From: Octopus sinensis
Taxonomy: Eukaryota
Reading direction: 5' to 3'
DNA: 64,000 bases
Assembly (NCBI RefSeq): GCF_006345805.1
Contig: NC_043007.1
Coordinates: 62,992,001 to 63,056,000, forward strand
Shown here piece by piece: positions 1-11,044 of this stretch. The stretch's first letter is position 1; each line of letters starts with the position of its first letter. The translations under genes were made by a program, and so were the position numbers. Under the pieces are notes generated by a model that made no database searches, was not told the DNA's origin, and saw nothing but the letters and a program-made list of their open reading frames with translations.

Positions 1-1055
1 ATTTCTGACCAAAATACACCCCTTATGTGTTTCAATTAATTTCTAACATAATCGTAAATTTAGTCTGGTTTCATTAAACAACTATAACTTTTTTATTTAT
101 CAATATATTAATGTGATTTTTGGAAGATAATTTAATGAAATGTTCTCAACCAATTCTATACTATAATTTTTGTCACAAAGTGACTCTAATTGCAGGTAGA
201 TACAGGTAAATTCAACAAAATATAAAATTATTAAAATTTTGTTCAAACATCGCTATAGAAAATGGGTTATTAGCTAATATTCAGTTGGGTATACAACAAA
301 ATTTTATGATAGAATTTGTTATTCTGGGTAACTTTCTGATACCCATAATAATATTTAAGGCAAAATAGTCTTAATTTCATTTAAGGTTGTGGGAAACCAC
401 TAACTATCCTTTCTTTCACTTTGTTTACATTTAGCGTAACGGTTCGTTTCCGCCGTAATGAGTTCAAATAGACTCATCGGAAAAAGTAAAAAGAAATAGT
501 CTATCACTTTACTCTCCTGGGAAAGTCTGTGGCTTGGTCCAGTTTCTTCAGAAAAATCATCGAAAGAAACAGTTTTTAAATTTTCACTCCATTCAGGTGC
601 CAATTCATTTTCTTTATCGCTGTTTTCACTGATTCACTGTTTTCACTTTCGGAAAATGAAACATCAGATCCATTATCAAATACCACGTGCTTTTTTTTTT
701 TTTTAAGTCATAGAGTTAGATTTCTTCAGTAGAAAATCCTTCGAATTCTGACTCGCTGCTTGATATAATGAAATTCGTATCCATTTTTTGTCATAATTAC
801 AAATTTTGAAAACACAATAGGAACAAATTTCAGAAAAAAATCTCCCAAAATTCACGGAATTAAAATTACACTTCGATCGTTGTACAAAACTGTAGATTAA
901 CTGTTTACGAAGTATAATCACTTGTTTTCACGAATGTACTAAAGGGATTTGCTCTGATATTCTCATTTAAATATGAATAGGTAAATACGGGCGGGTTTGG
1001 TCACATTAACCAAAATTTTTTTCGGGTGGCTTTGGGCAGTTTGGTAACGAAAGGG
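1..1055 (-). mobile_element. Internally deleted piggyBac-like DNA transposon remnant
   Basis: Minus-strand ORF 400-603 (FDDFSEETGPS...YFFLLFP..LFELITAETNRYA) resembles the piggyBac transposase N-terminal region. The element ends at cgaaaggg (1055) followed by TTAA (1056-1059), i.e. TTAA-CCCTTTCG on the minus strand. The other end probably lies just before the window (inference). Confidence 0.7.
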
Positions 1056-2749
1056 TTAATCATATTATTCAGTTAGGGCTGACCTGGGTCTAAACAACAA
1101 CTAAAGTCACTATGACTATTAGTGCAGTGAAACATATTGGTTATATAGTTAAAATTATGTTTCTTGCAATGGCTGTAGAGTAGTTTAAATACAAAACTCT
1201 ATGAGCAGTCTAACCACTCGGCTACCAATCTTAATCAATTATTTGTTAGTGACTATCATTGCAGATCTCCCATGTTATTCATTTACTAAAGTGATGCATC
1301 TAAGTTCCCTCTAATCTGATAGGGATATATTTATAAACTTTCAGAGGAAAACCTGAGGAAATACAGTGATATTGCCCAAGTTCTCAAGGGTGACAGTGAT
1401 GAATATAGAAATGTAGACAATATTGATATACTGCAAGTTCTGTAAGAAGTTGAAATGTGACTGGTTTCTTTTACTGCATCTTACTCTTCTCTTTAAAATT
1501 AGATTAGCAGTGGGAGGAGTCTTGTTTCTATTGAGTCTGGAAATAATTTGACAGCTAAATTTATAAATAAATAAAATAAATAAAACTGATTCGATATAGC
1601 ATTAAATTTAGTTTTCATAATTTGTCTGACAATTTAGCTTTGAGAAAAGGTTTAGACAAATGCAGTTTGTGAAAATTCAACATTGAATTGAGGACTTATT
1701 GAAATTTTTTATTGATATAAAATTTGAAACATTTAATCTTGAGTCTTTATATCCTTTGAGTGTTTTTCAAGTTTGATTAACACTTTAAATAAGAGGTGTT
1801 TGCAATAAGTAATATCACATGATAGTTGGAAGGCTGTTGACCAGAACCACTGAAGATTCTCTTGAATAAGAAAAGTCATGAGAAAAGGAGATTAATGTGG
1901 TGAAGTCAACTGGAAATAAAAAATATAAAGTTGTGTCATGTAATTCTATATATGTATGTAAATATAGATACTTAAACAAGTCACTTTATTGCATATGTAA
2001 ATGAGTGATCAAATTTATTTGTGAGTGAAATGAAATGGGTGTCACTCTGGAACTTAAAATATGATTATAGATTCATTTCAGAGAAGTCCTAACATTCTGT
2101 GATATATTTCAATATTAATTCATATTGCTCATAATTTTATATAACTCTTTTTTTTTTTCTTTTTCATGCTGGTAGTGGACATCATTAGATTTATTCTTGA
2201 AGTAGTTTAGTCTTCCAATCCAGGCATATTAGTGCCATTAATCCAGTAAAGAATCCAGTTGCAAAAATCTATTCATTTTCAAACAAAACCATTCAGAAAG
2301 GCCACTTATTGACAGTAACCAATTACTGCCAGGAAGCTGGTGGCTGTTGATTTCATAGTGATACTTGTGCTGAATTTGTTTTTTATTTGTTTTATTCATA
2401 CTAGGCTGCAAGAATTCCATATCAGTTGGTGGGGGAAGCAACTTAATAACTGTGATATTGGTAATGATATGACTTTATTACGAATGAAGCTCAGGATTGT
2501 GGAGATACTGAAAGTTAGTAGTTCATTCATGTTCAAGGATACCACTTTATTGACAGTTGCATCAAGGATTTTGACATCAAGCAATCAGCTCCAATTAATA
2601 GGATTACACTACCTGTTCCACTGAAGAGAGTTCATTCAAAACCAGCCTAGGAAAATGGTTATTAAAATAACCATCAAGTCAGCCACCTACTATTGACCCC
2701 AAATTGTCAATTAATTTTTTATAAATGCAGCTTCCATGAAAAAAAAAAC

Positions 2750-2905
2750 ATCCATTACACTATAAAGTGGTTGGCATTGAGAATGGTATCAAGCTGTAGA
2801 GACCATACCACAGCAGACATTGTAGCTTAGTAAAGCCCTCCAACTGAATCCTGATGGCACATCCAACCTATGCCAGCATGAAAAGCGGATGTTAAATGAT
2901 GATGC
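2750..2905 (+). mobile_element. 3' fragment of a common SINE-like element
   Basis: Ends ccaacctatgccagcatgaaaagcggatgttaaatgatgatg. The same 3' motif recurs near 17170-17222 and 50700-50750. Confidence 0.65.
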
Positions 2906-3207
2906 TGGTGATGACATACCAAGGTTAAATGGTATAATGTATATGACTTTTTCAAGAATACTAATAACATCATATCTCAAATTTTTTACTAAGTGTTAAT
3001 TTCTCTTTGCCAAGCACATATCACAGCAATCACTGATTAATTAATAGGCTTGAAACTTACAAGGAGAGAATAGGAGGCTATTATGTTCATACCTTTCTAA
3101 ATAACAATGTAAATGGAAATCAGAACAGTTGCAAACAACATGCTAGTACAATTCTCTTGGTAATGCAGACTTTAGGCATTACCAAGAAAATTAGTGCTAC
3201 TAATAAT

Positions 3208-3415
3208 CCTTTCTAATTTAGGCACAAGGCCTGAAATTTTGGGGTGGGGGCCAGTCAATTAGATTGACCCAGTACACAACTGGTACTTAATTTATCGACC
3301 CCCGCAAAACGATGAAAGGCAAAGTCGACCTCAGTGGAGTTTGAACTCAGAACGTAAAGACATGAAATACTAAGTATTTCACCTGGCGTGCTAACAATTC
3401 TGCCAGTTCACTGCC
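3208..3415 (-). mobile_element. tRNA-derived SINE with target-site duplication
   Basis: Minus strand shows an A-box-like tggcagaattgttag and a B-box-like gagttcaaact. Flanked by a 17-bp direct repeat ttagtgctactaataat (3191-3207 and 3416-3432). Confidence 0.85.
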
Positions 3416-4479
3416 TTAGTGCTACTAATAATGATAATAGTGATCATAAGTGATATACTTGACAAATAGACTATGATTGTGCTTGGTTAGAAATAATAAT
3501 GTTAATGATCTATTTTGATTAAGACAATTTTTGTAGAAGTATGGTTTCTTCAATCAAATCTAGTATATTACTGATACTTATATAATTGAGTCTAAGGTGA
3601 ATGTCAGGTAAAAATCAAACTCGACAGAAACAGTAAGTTACAGTTACCAAGTTAGATTTTATAAAATAACTCACTTGGAATTTTACTTCAAAGCCAGTTT
3701 GGTTGCCATAATTGGGATGAGGATAGGGGGAAAAAGAGTTGAAGAAACTGGAGTTGTTCTAACTAGGATGTTAGATATTCTTAGCAGGAGACTCTTCCAG
3801 ATTGTGTTCTCTAGGGAAATGTTTTTAAATAAATCCATATGCTTGTGAGCAATAAAGGAGATGATTGTAAAATTAAAAAAAAATAGCCAGTTTCATAGCA
3901 GCTTAGCTATATGAGAAGAGCTTATATTGAATAGAGTGCTCTCTAGTTTCAGTGCTCAGCTGGAACACCATCACTTACTTTATCTTTGGGAAAAGCTTAG
4001 ATTTCATAACGTCCCAGTTTCTTCACATTCTTTTAATACCCAATTGATTAATTATATATTGTCAAGAGATTCAATGGGCAAATAAAGTAAAATTTTTGAC
4101 AACCAGTTGTTTGATTCCTTCTCAGAAATTGTTTTATCACAGTCTTAGTAATACACTTTAATCTTAGCTAGGGTTTTGTATTCTTAAGAAATCATTTTTT
4201 TTTTTTATTACTGTAACTAATAGTAAAGTTTACTTTCATGGAATTTCCTTCTGCATTCAAATCTTGTCATGCAAACTTTGCTTGCCATCATTCTGAGTGT
4301 GATAAATAAAATAATCACCAGTCAATTACTGGGCTCAGTTGCTTCATCCCTTCTCCAATGTATGTAACCTTGTTCCAAAGGTTATTATTACAAATGTTCA
4401 ATTAATTTAGATGTCCTTTCTCAGAACTAAGATTAGTTCCTGGTTTGTTGGTAGCCTAAATTGAAGCAATTATCTTACC

Positions 4480-5560
4480 AGAAGAGATGATTGTCTTAAA
4501 TCAGTCCCTTTTACTCCCCCAGAAGCATTGGGTAGCAAGAAGTCTCCACACAGGCAGGTCTTCCTCTGCAGTCTTCAACTAGCTTTTGACAGTTCTGCTG
4601 CATCTGCTATGCCCTTCATGGGCATGTGTAGTACATGGCCAGGCATGTTCTGCCATTTCAGTGATGATACCTTGTAGGTTACTCAACCTGGCCCTTTCCA
4701 TGACTTCTTCATTTGTGATGTGGTGATGCCAAGAAATTCTTAGTATAGTTCTAAGTCAACTCTGTAGAAAACATCTGTTGTCCTATTGTTTCTGCTGGTC
4801 CTTTTACATGTCTCACAGGCATAAATGGCTGTCAATATAACATTACATTTATAGAAGCAGTGTTTGGTATTCTGTTTGGTGGAGGAGTTGGACCTTTCAG
4901 TTCAGATCCCGGAAGACAACTTCAGATTTGCTGAGTCTCTTTTCCACATCACTTCCTAAGCTTTTATTGTTTGCAGCGTTACTGTCTATATATGCGAATG
5001 AATGAATAGTCTCTAGAATTTGGCCCTTCAGCCAGAGATGTTGCCGCTGTGCAATACTTTGATCCTTTCATTGCTCCAAGGTTGACCTGAAGACCAACAT
5101 TGGAGCTGGTGTTATTGATATTGCTGGTCATCTCTTACATTACTATAGATGTGGTACTAAGGAGTCCTGGGTTATCGGCAAAGTCAAGATCTATGAATCT
5201 TCCCTGTCCCCCATTTGATGCTGAATGCTTGATTGCCTGTGGATTTCCTCATGTTGAAATCTACCACCAGCAGGAACCAAAGAAAGGGTAACAGTACACA
5301 TCCTTAAAGCACCCCTGTGACAATTCGTACCTTTTCTATGTTCTTATCTTTGGTTCTAACTTAGCAGTGTCTTTTGATAATCTGGTCACATAATATTGAT
5401 GTAGTAGGTGGGCACTTCATGCAACATGACAATTTTCTATAGAGACTTCTTGTGCAGGCTGTTAAAGGCCTTTTTGAAATAAATGACATTGACCACAAGT
5501 GGTTGCTAGCTCTCACAACTTGGTTTGATGGTGTGTAATGTGAAGATTTGTTCACTACAC
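4480..5560 (-). mobile_element. Decayed RTE-type LINE reverse transcriptase fragment
   Basis: Minus-strand FIDLDFADNPGLLS (~5158-5199) is a degraded RT (Y/F)ADD motif in RTE-like context. Many stops and frameshifts. Boundaries approximate. Confidence 0.6.
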
Positions 5561-5836
5561 AATCTTCCTCTTCTGAATCCCACCTCTTCTGCTCATAAAT
5601 ATGTCCTCCCTACTCACCTTCTAGTTGGACATTGGTAAGGAGTAAGGGATAATCAATGGGATGGGTGGAACATTTCCCTGCAGAGATTGTACAGTTAGTA
5701 ATTAAATTCAGTATATATATATTTTATTATTTTATCTTGCTTCTTTCTCTTTAACTTTAGCTCACTTAAAAAGCAGAGGACTTGGGCCATAAAGATTCTA
5801 ACAGAAGTTACGTGCTCTCTCTCTTGCTTTCTCTCT

Positions 5837-5838
<2 letters not shown>

Positions 5839-5874
<36 letters not shown>
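5839..5874. repeat. (CT)n microsatellite
   Basis: About 18 perfect CT units seen directly. Confidence 0.95.
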
Positions 5875-5879
<5 letters not shown>

Positions 5880-7470
5880 TCCCTCTCATAATAGATTTAA
5901 CCCATAACTGTGTGCTGTTTCTCATAGTTTTCATCAGTTAAATATTTATAACAGTTTGTATATGTAAGTGCCTCAGGATAATGAGAAACATTTGGCATGG
6001 GTTGATTTTGGTTTCCCAGTTATAACATTACTAATGTCTTTGAGAAAAGTATTTACATCATAATCTCATTTCCTCCTCCAAGAAATCTAATCATTGTCAC
6101 CCTTGTGTGAGAAACAATCATGCCACAGATATTGAAAATATGTGTATGTTTATGTTTCCATTATATTTTTGGAATTTAAAATGAAAATCAGAAATATTTC
6201 ATTTTTCATGTGGCAGTTCACCATCAATTCAATTAACTAAACATAATTTAACCAATACCATCTGGTGTCACCATGTAATTTAACTGTCATGGAAGCAATC
6301 TTCTGTAATAGTTTGTGCTAACAAAGCTTCCTGTCTGAACAATTGCTTCAACTATCCTATTATGCTATTTGCCTAATGTGGCCCATGCTCTGCATCTTCT
6401 CAAATTTGCTAAATATTTTCACTCCTAAAATCTGTAACATTTCAGATTGATTCATACAAAATATGTGCTATCAGATTAACTCATCTAAAATATGTTATTT
6501 TTATACCTGCCATGCTATTAAGAAATGCTTTTAGTTCATCATCATTTATTTATTTATTCATTTTCATATTGCAGTTATGTATACTGTTTCGTTTACTCAT
6601 TCTTTATTTTTCAATCCTGGCATAACTATGCCTTCACACTAAACCAGTCATGTATATGTATGGTTTCAGGTGTACATGCAATGGTATGTGTGCTTGTGTG
6701 TCATACTTTTTATGTAGAAGACATCCGTAGAAAATTAGACTTAATAAAATCTCAAAAGAAAAAGTTATGTCGGGCATGAAGGGGTACTGAATTTTAAACC
6801 CATTCGAATCCTGACAGTATGAAAAAGCTATCATTAAAATGTGTTGTAGAGAGGGTGATAGAAAATCAGGTACTATGTAAATATATCTTAAAGTTAGAAT
6901 TCTCTATAAAAAGTAATAAAAGTCATATTTACTTTCTACTAACTAGTTTTATATGATTTTATGGTATAATAGAAATTAAAAAAAAAAACTTTATCATTAT
7001 GGGATCATTATGGTTAAATGTTCACTCGTATAAATTTTTGTAACTCTTTAAAATTTATATATATATATATATCTTTTTAAAGCTTTACCTTAGTTTCATG
7101 TAGAAAGGTTAGAGGATAAAAAAATGATTTACCATACTTGAGAATATAAACATTCTGCAACTGGAAGAACTGTCATCTGTATTCTTAACTACCCAATCAG
7201 AAACCATATATTGACTTCATTTGACTCTGTTGAGGCATTGGCAATTTCAGTAAAACAACAGTCCACTTGCTATTGAGGTTTTTCAGGGTTTTTTTTAAGA
7301 ATATTGTAAAATTATATAAATTAAGTTGTAAATCTCCAGATTATGAGAAGTGTGTGGGGAAGGAACAATAAGCCAATAATTCATTTCATCTTGATTGCAG
7401 TTAAAATGGTAAGCTGGATGAATAGCATTTTATCTATACATCATTGCTTGCTAGCTTTCCACCCCCTCAG

Positions 7471-7500
7471 ATCATCAATTTGATAATGGCCGAAGAAATA
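7471..7500 (+). CDS. Candidate 30-nt Ena microexon (x-HQFDNGRRN-S/T)
   Basis: tgcttgctagctttccaccccctcag|ATCATCAATTTGATAATGGCCGAAGAAATA|gtcaga. Phase 1 to 1, open, compatible with exon 8558. Donor is weak. Confidence 0.45.
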
Positions 7501-8312
7501 GTCAGACAAAAATATATTGATGAAATTCTGCTATATAAAGAATAGACTGGTTTACTACTTGAGATATAATAATATTGTGTGTGTGTGTGTGTGCACGTGA
7601 ACGTATACATGTGTGTGTGTAACGTATGTATGTGTGTGTGTGTGTGTGTTCTGTTAAGAGATAATCAAAATGTTACTTTCATTTTCTACTGGTTAGCAAT
7701 TATTCCTTATAAAAGTTGTGACTTATTTCTTTAACTGAAATGTGGAGGTGTTGCTAAAAGCTATATAGCTGTTGCACCCTGAACACTACATTTATGTATT
7801 TCTGTATCACATGTTCATTTAATTATACTTAAAACTCTACTAAGCACAGATATTTTATGCTAAATAAAATCCTTTTAAATTTATACTAAGTTATATAAAC
7901 CAAACTAATAGTTTTTGTATTTGTTACTCTTGCATAAATTTGCTTTTCATAAATATTAATAAAATTACTTTTTTATCCTTTTCTCTCTCTTTCTATTTGT
8001 CTCTTTTACTGACTCACTTCCCCTATCTCTCTCTCTCTCTCCCTATCTCTCTCTCTCTCTGTAAAAATAAATCATGTTAAAATCAACTTTGTATGTCTGT
8101 CGGAGAAATTTCCAATTGTTCTCCCTCTCTAGCTGGCATTTGAAATGATAAACTTCCCATGTTATTTTACCATTATTGTGTACATCTCTTGATCGGCATG
8201 GATTGTATGGAATGAAGTATTGATTGCATGCGGTTGGCTGGTAGCTGCTACTATTTCACGTTGTATACCGGCTTGGTCGTGGTCTTCCCTGCTCGCTCTT
8301 CCTCTGTCTCAG

Positions 8313-8324
8313 CAAATGGGAATT
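8313..8324 (+). CDS. Candidate 12-nt Ena microexon (x-NGN-C)
   Basis: cctgctcgctcttcctctgtctcag|CAAATGGGAATT|gtcagt. Strong pyrimidine tract, TGC at 8290-8292, frame-preserving in phase 1. Confidence 0.5.
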
Positions 8325-8557
8325 GTCAGTCAGAAATGGAGTTTGAAAAATTCTCTCTGCCTTCATGTTGAAATATATGTGGAAAAAAGACACTTTTATT
8401 TTTAATTCAAAAAAATTAAGTCTAATTTTATGCCTTTGTACCTTGCATAGTGTCAGCTTGCACGAAAGCTCACACATTAGTTAAATGACTTGTGACTCAG
8501 TGAAAATGGTTGCTTGCACTAAAAAAGTAACAGAATGTGTGTATTTTGTTGTGACAG

Positions 8558-8666
8558 GTATGTACAGGACCCCACCTCCTGTGGCACCTCCACCTCAGCC
8601 ACCTCAGCCATCATCAATATATCAACACATTAATGTCAATGGACCCAAGGAACCAGAGACAGATAG
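8558..8666 (+). CDS. ena: Ena/VASP family protein, post-EVH1 linker exon (MYRTPPPVAPPPQPPQPSSIYQHINVNGPKEPETDR)
   Basis: gtattttgttgtgacag|GT ATG...GAT AG|gtaagt. 109 nt, phase 1 to 2, joins in frame to 56653. Proline-rich, with an NGP motif and R-split end like the vertebrate Mena exon after EVH1 as I recall it. Confidence 0.75.
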
Positions 8667-10599
8667 GTAAGTAGTACTAATACTTTTCCTTCTCCTCTCT
8701 TTGTTTGACTGCTTTCCTTTATCATTCTTCCTCTTTTCTTTGTTTCCATTGCATTATAAAGATATGTCGGAAGATGATGTTACTGTGGTCAACTATAGTA
8801 GTTATGTTTATGTACCGGCAACTCTTGTAATAAAGTCAGTTATATATTTCTGTGGATATCTTTTTCAAACTTGCATACTTCATTTTTCAAAAACACTCAT
8901 CCAGATTGTAGTTTTAAAGTGTTATCTCCTTTTTCTAATCTATAATTTTTGCATTATTTCATATTCTAGTTATGTATTCTACTTTATTTTAGGAAAATCT
9001 TGACTCTTTCAACATTATTATCAATATATTTCTGAAACCCACCATGCTTTATGCTCATGTATTTTAATATTAACTTTAAATTAAAGCACTATATTTTCTC
9101 AAAACAGAAAAAGTACAGCAATTTCATTAAAACCATTTTAAAAAGCACATAGCTTGAGTTTTCTGATTAAATCTTCATTCATAGATACTCTCAAGAGCTA
9201 CTTTCACTACCAACTACAGCATAAGCCAAGACAGCTTCTATATTATAACTTGACTTGCTCAGTGTAGCAGCAAAATTTTCTGCAGCAGACTTCCTATGTT
9301 AAAAACAGAAACTACATTTTCAGTCTTGAATCTTAGGACAGCATGGCCACAGTTAATGAGATAGCATCCTTTAAATATCAATAAATATGAGATAACGTGA
9401 AGGAAATTGAATTTACACATGTCAGATATCCTGTACACATGTCATATCCGGGAACGTGGTCTTAACAGTTTTACTTCAATATTTTGATTGGCTACCTCTG
9501 TATCATAGATTAGCTCAGTTGGATGAATGGGTTGTTCAACATCATTATCTTCAGCAAAGAAACCTTTATATTGTTTCTTGACTTGCTGGAAGTAGCAGCC
9601 AAATTTCCCTCAAACGACACTCCACCATTTTAAAACAGGACACATTGAATAATTTAATCCTAGATACACTGCTCTCCACCACTACCACCACTAAAAAAAA
9701 TATGAAAAAGGCAGGATGGTCATGGCTATAATAATTTTTATCATGGATCTACTCAATAAGAACTGATGTAAAGTTAACAACAAACTGCCCAGTTTAGTGT
9801 TATTGACTCAGCTGTCTCAACTTTGTTGACAAACAACAAAAAGTCATCTAAAAGCAACATGTACACTAATGTTATCAACAACAACGAGCAAAACAGTAAA
9901 GCCTATACACTTGTTAGAAATAACCAAATCACCTTTTAGTCATACCCTATTTTCTTAATATAAATTTGAGTGATGTTTCTCTGTCCATTACGTTTTTATG
10001 TTCGTTAACTCCTCCTAGACTGTTTATGCAAGGTCAACAAAACTCAAACCAGCAACTCCACTAATCTCAAGGAACGTCTTAAGGGCTGCCTAATTGGGGA
10101 CTCACTGACTCCCCCCACACCTTCAATTTTTACTGCATTTGAAACTAAATACAAGGCATTGGCAACCACATCAGAGTTATAAGAATGAGTTTCATACCAT
10201 GAGCTCCCAGGGAGTATCGTAAAGAGGTTCAATTTCTGAAGGGCTGTTTAAATATGGCCCCACTGACCCCCACCCATCTATATTTACTGTATTTACCTTG
10301 CTCCTACTCTTACTGATTAAACTATGATCAGCATCAGTGCTAAGCACTAAATTTGGGCATTCTAAATACCTTCATGTACATTCAAATAGAGATAAAAGAG
10401 TTATTACAGGTACATTTCAAGTGTGGTAGTGTGGATATTTATATTTTGTTGTTTATGAAACTTATCTAGGTGGAAAACTAATCTTCCTGTTCTGGTTACA
10501 TATTGATGCTTGGACCATCAGCCCCAGAGTTCTATAGTTTTTTTGTTTTTTTTTGTTTTTTGTTTTTTTTTTTACACCTGAATACCCAACAAAATTCCC

Positions 10600-11044
10600 A
10601 GCTAGCCTGAATGCCACCTAATGGGTGGCTTCAAGGCTAGAAACTTAGCTGTAAGTCAAACTAGAAACTAGCTGTATGTCTATCAGCAAAGCTGAAAGAA
10701 AGCAGACCAAGGGTTCATACACAGACAGTTACAGAGATGGAATTCATGTTACATATTGAATGAACAAGAAGTTAATGGGACATGGGGTTTAGGTATGAGT
10801 GCAAGTGAAATATAGGTATTGAGTGTATGGGTTTGAGTGTGGATATATGTTGGGTAGGGAGTTTAGAATGGGGTATCGGATAATTAATACCAGGAGATAC
10901 ATATACAATGAATGTGTTTGAGCCCATTACATTACACAAGGGTAGAGGGCCGTTAAATGGTCCAATAGTGGGGCCAAAGGCCTCAAAGGTGCCCTCCGCA
11001 GGTGCTAGGCTGAATGCCACCCAAAGGCCAGCTTCAAGACTAGT
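10600..11044 (+). mobile_element. Helitron-like non-autonomous element(s) with repeated 3' ends
   Basis: Hairpin GCCACC-taatg-GGTGGC (10613-10629) followed by CTAG (10637-10640). A diverged copy ends CTAG (11040-11043) followed by T. Hairpin plus CTAG-T is the Helitron 3' signature. No 5' TC end identified. Confidence 0.5.

Noticed and set aside
3208-3415. tRNA-like A and B boxes here and at 44085 and 48690
   Set aside because: SINE heads with no complete cloverleaf, so not called as tRNA genes.
5625-5634. 10-nt segment with good splice sites (ccttctag|TTGGACATTG|gtaagg)
   Set aside because: Not frame-preserving, adjoins a LINE remnant, and pairing it with the 8-nt candidate gives a stop.
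1060-7300. Search for EVH1-coding exons
   Set aside because: No match to motifs such as FHQWRD or YGLNF was found, so they presumably lie upstream of the window.
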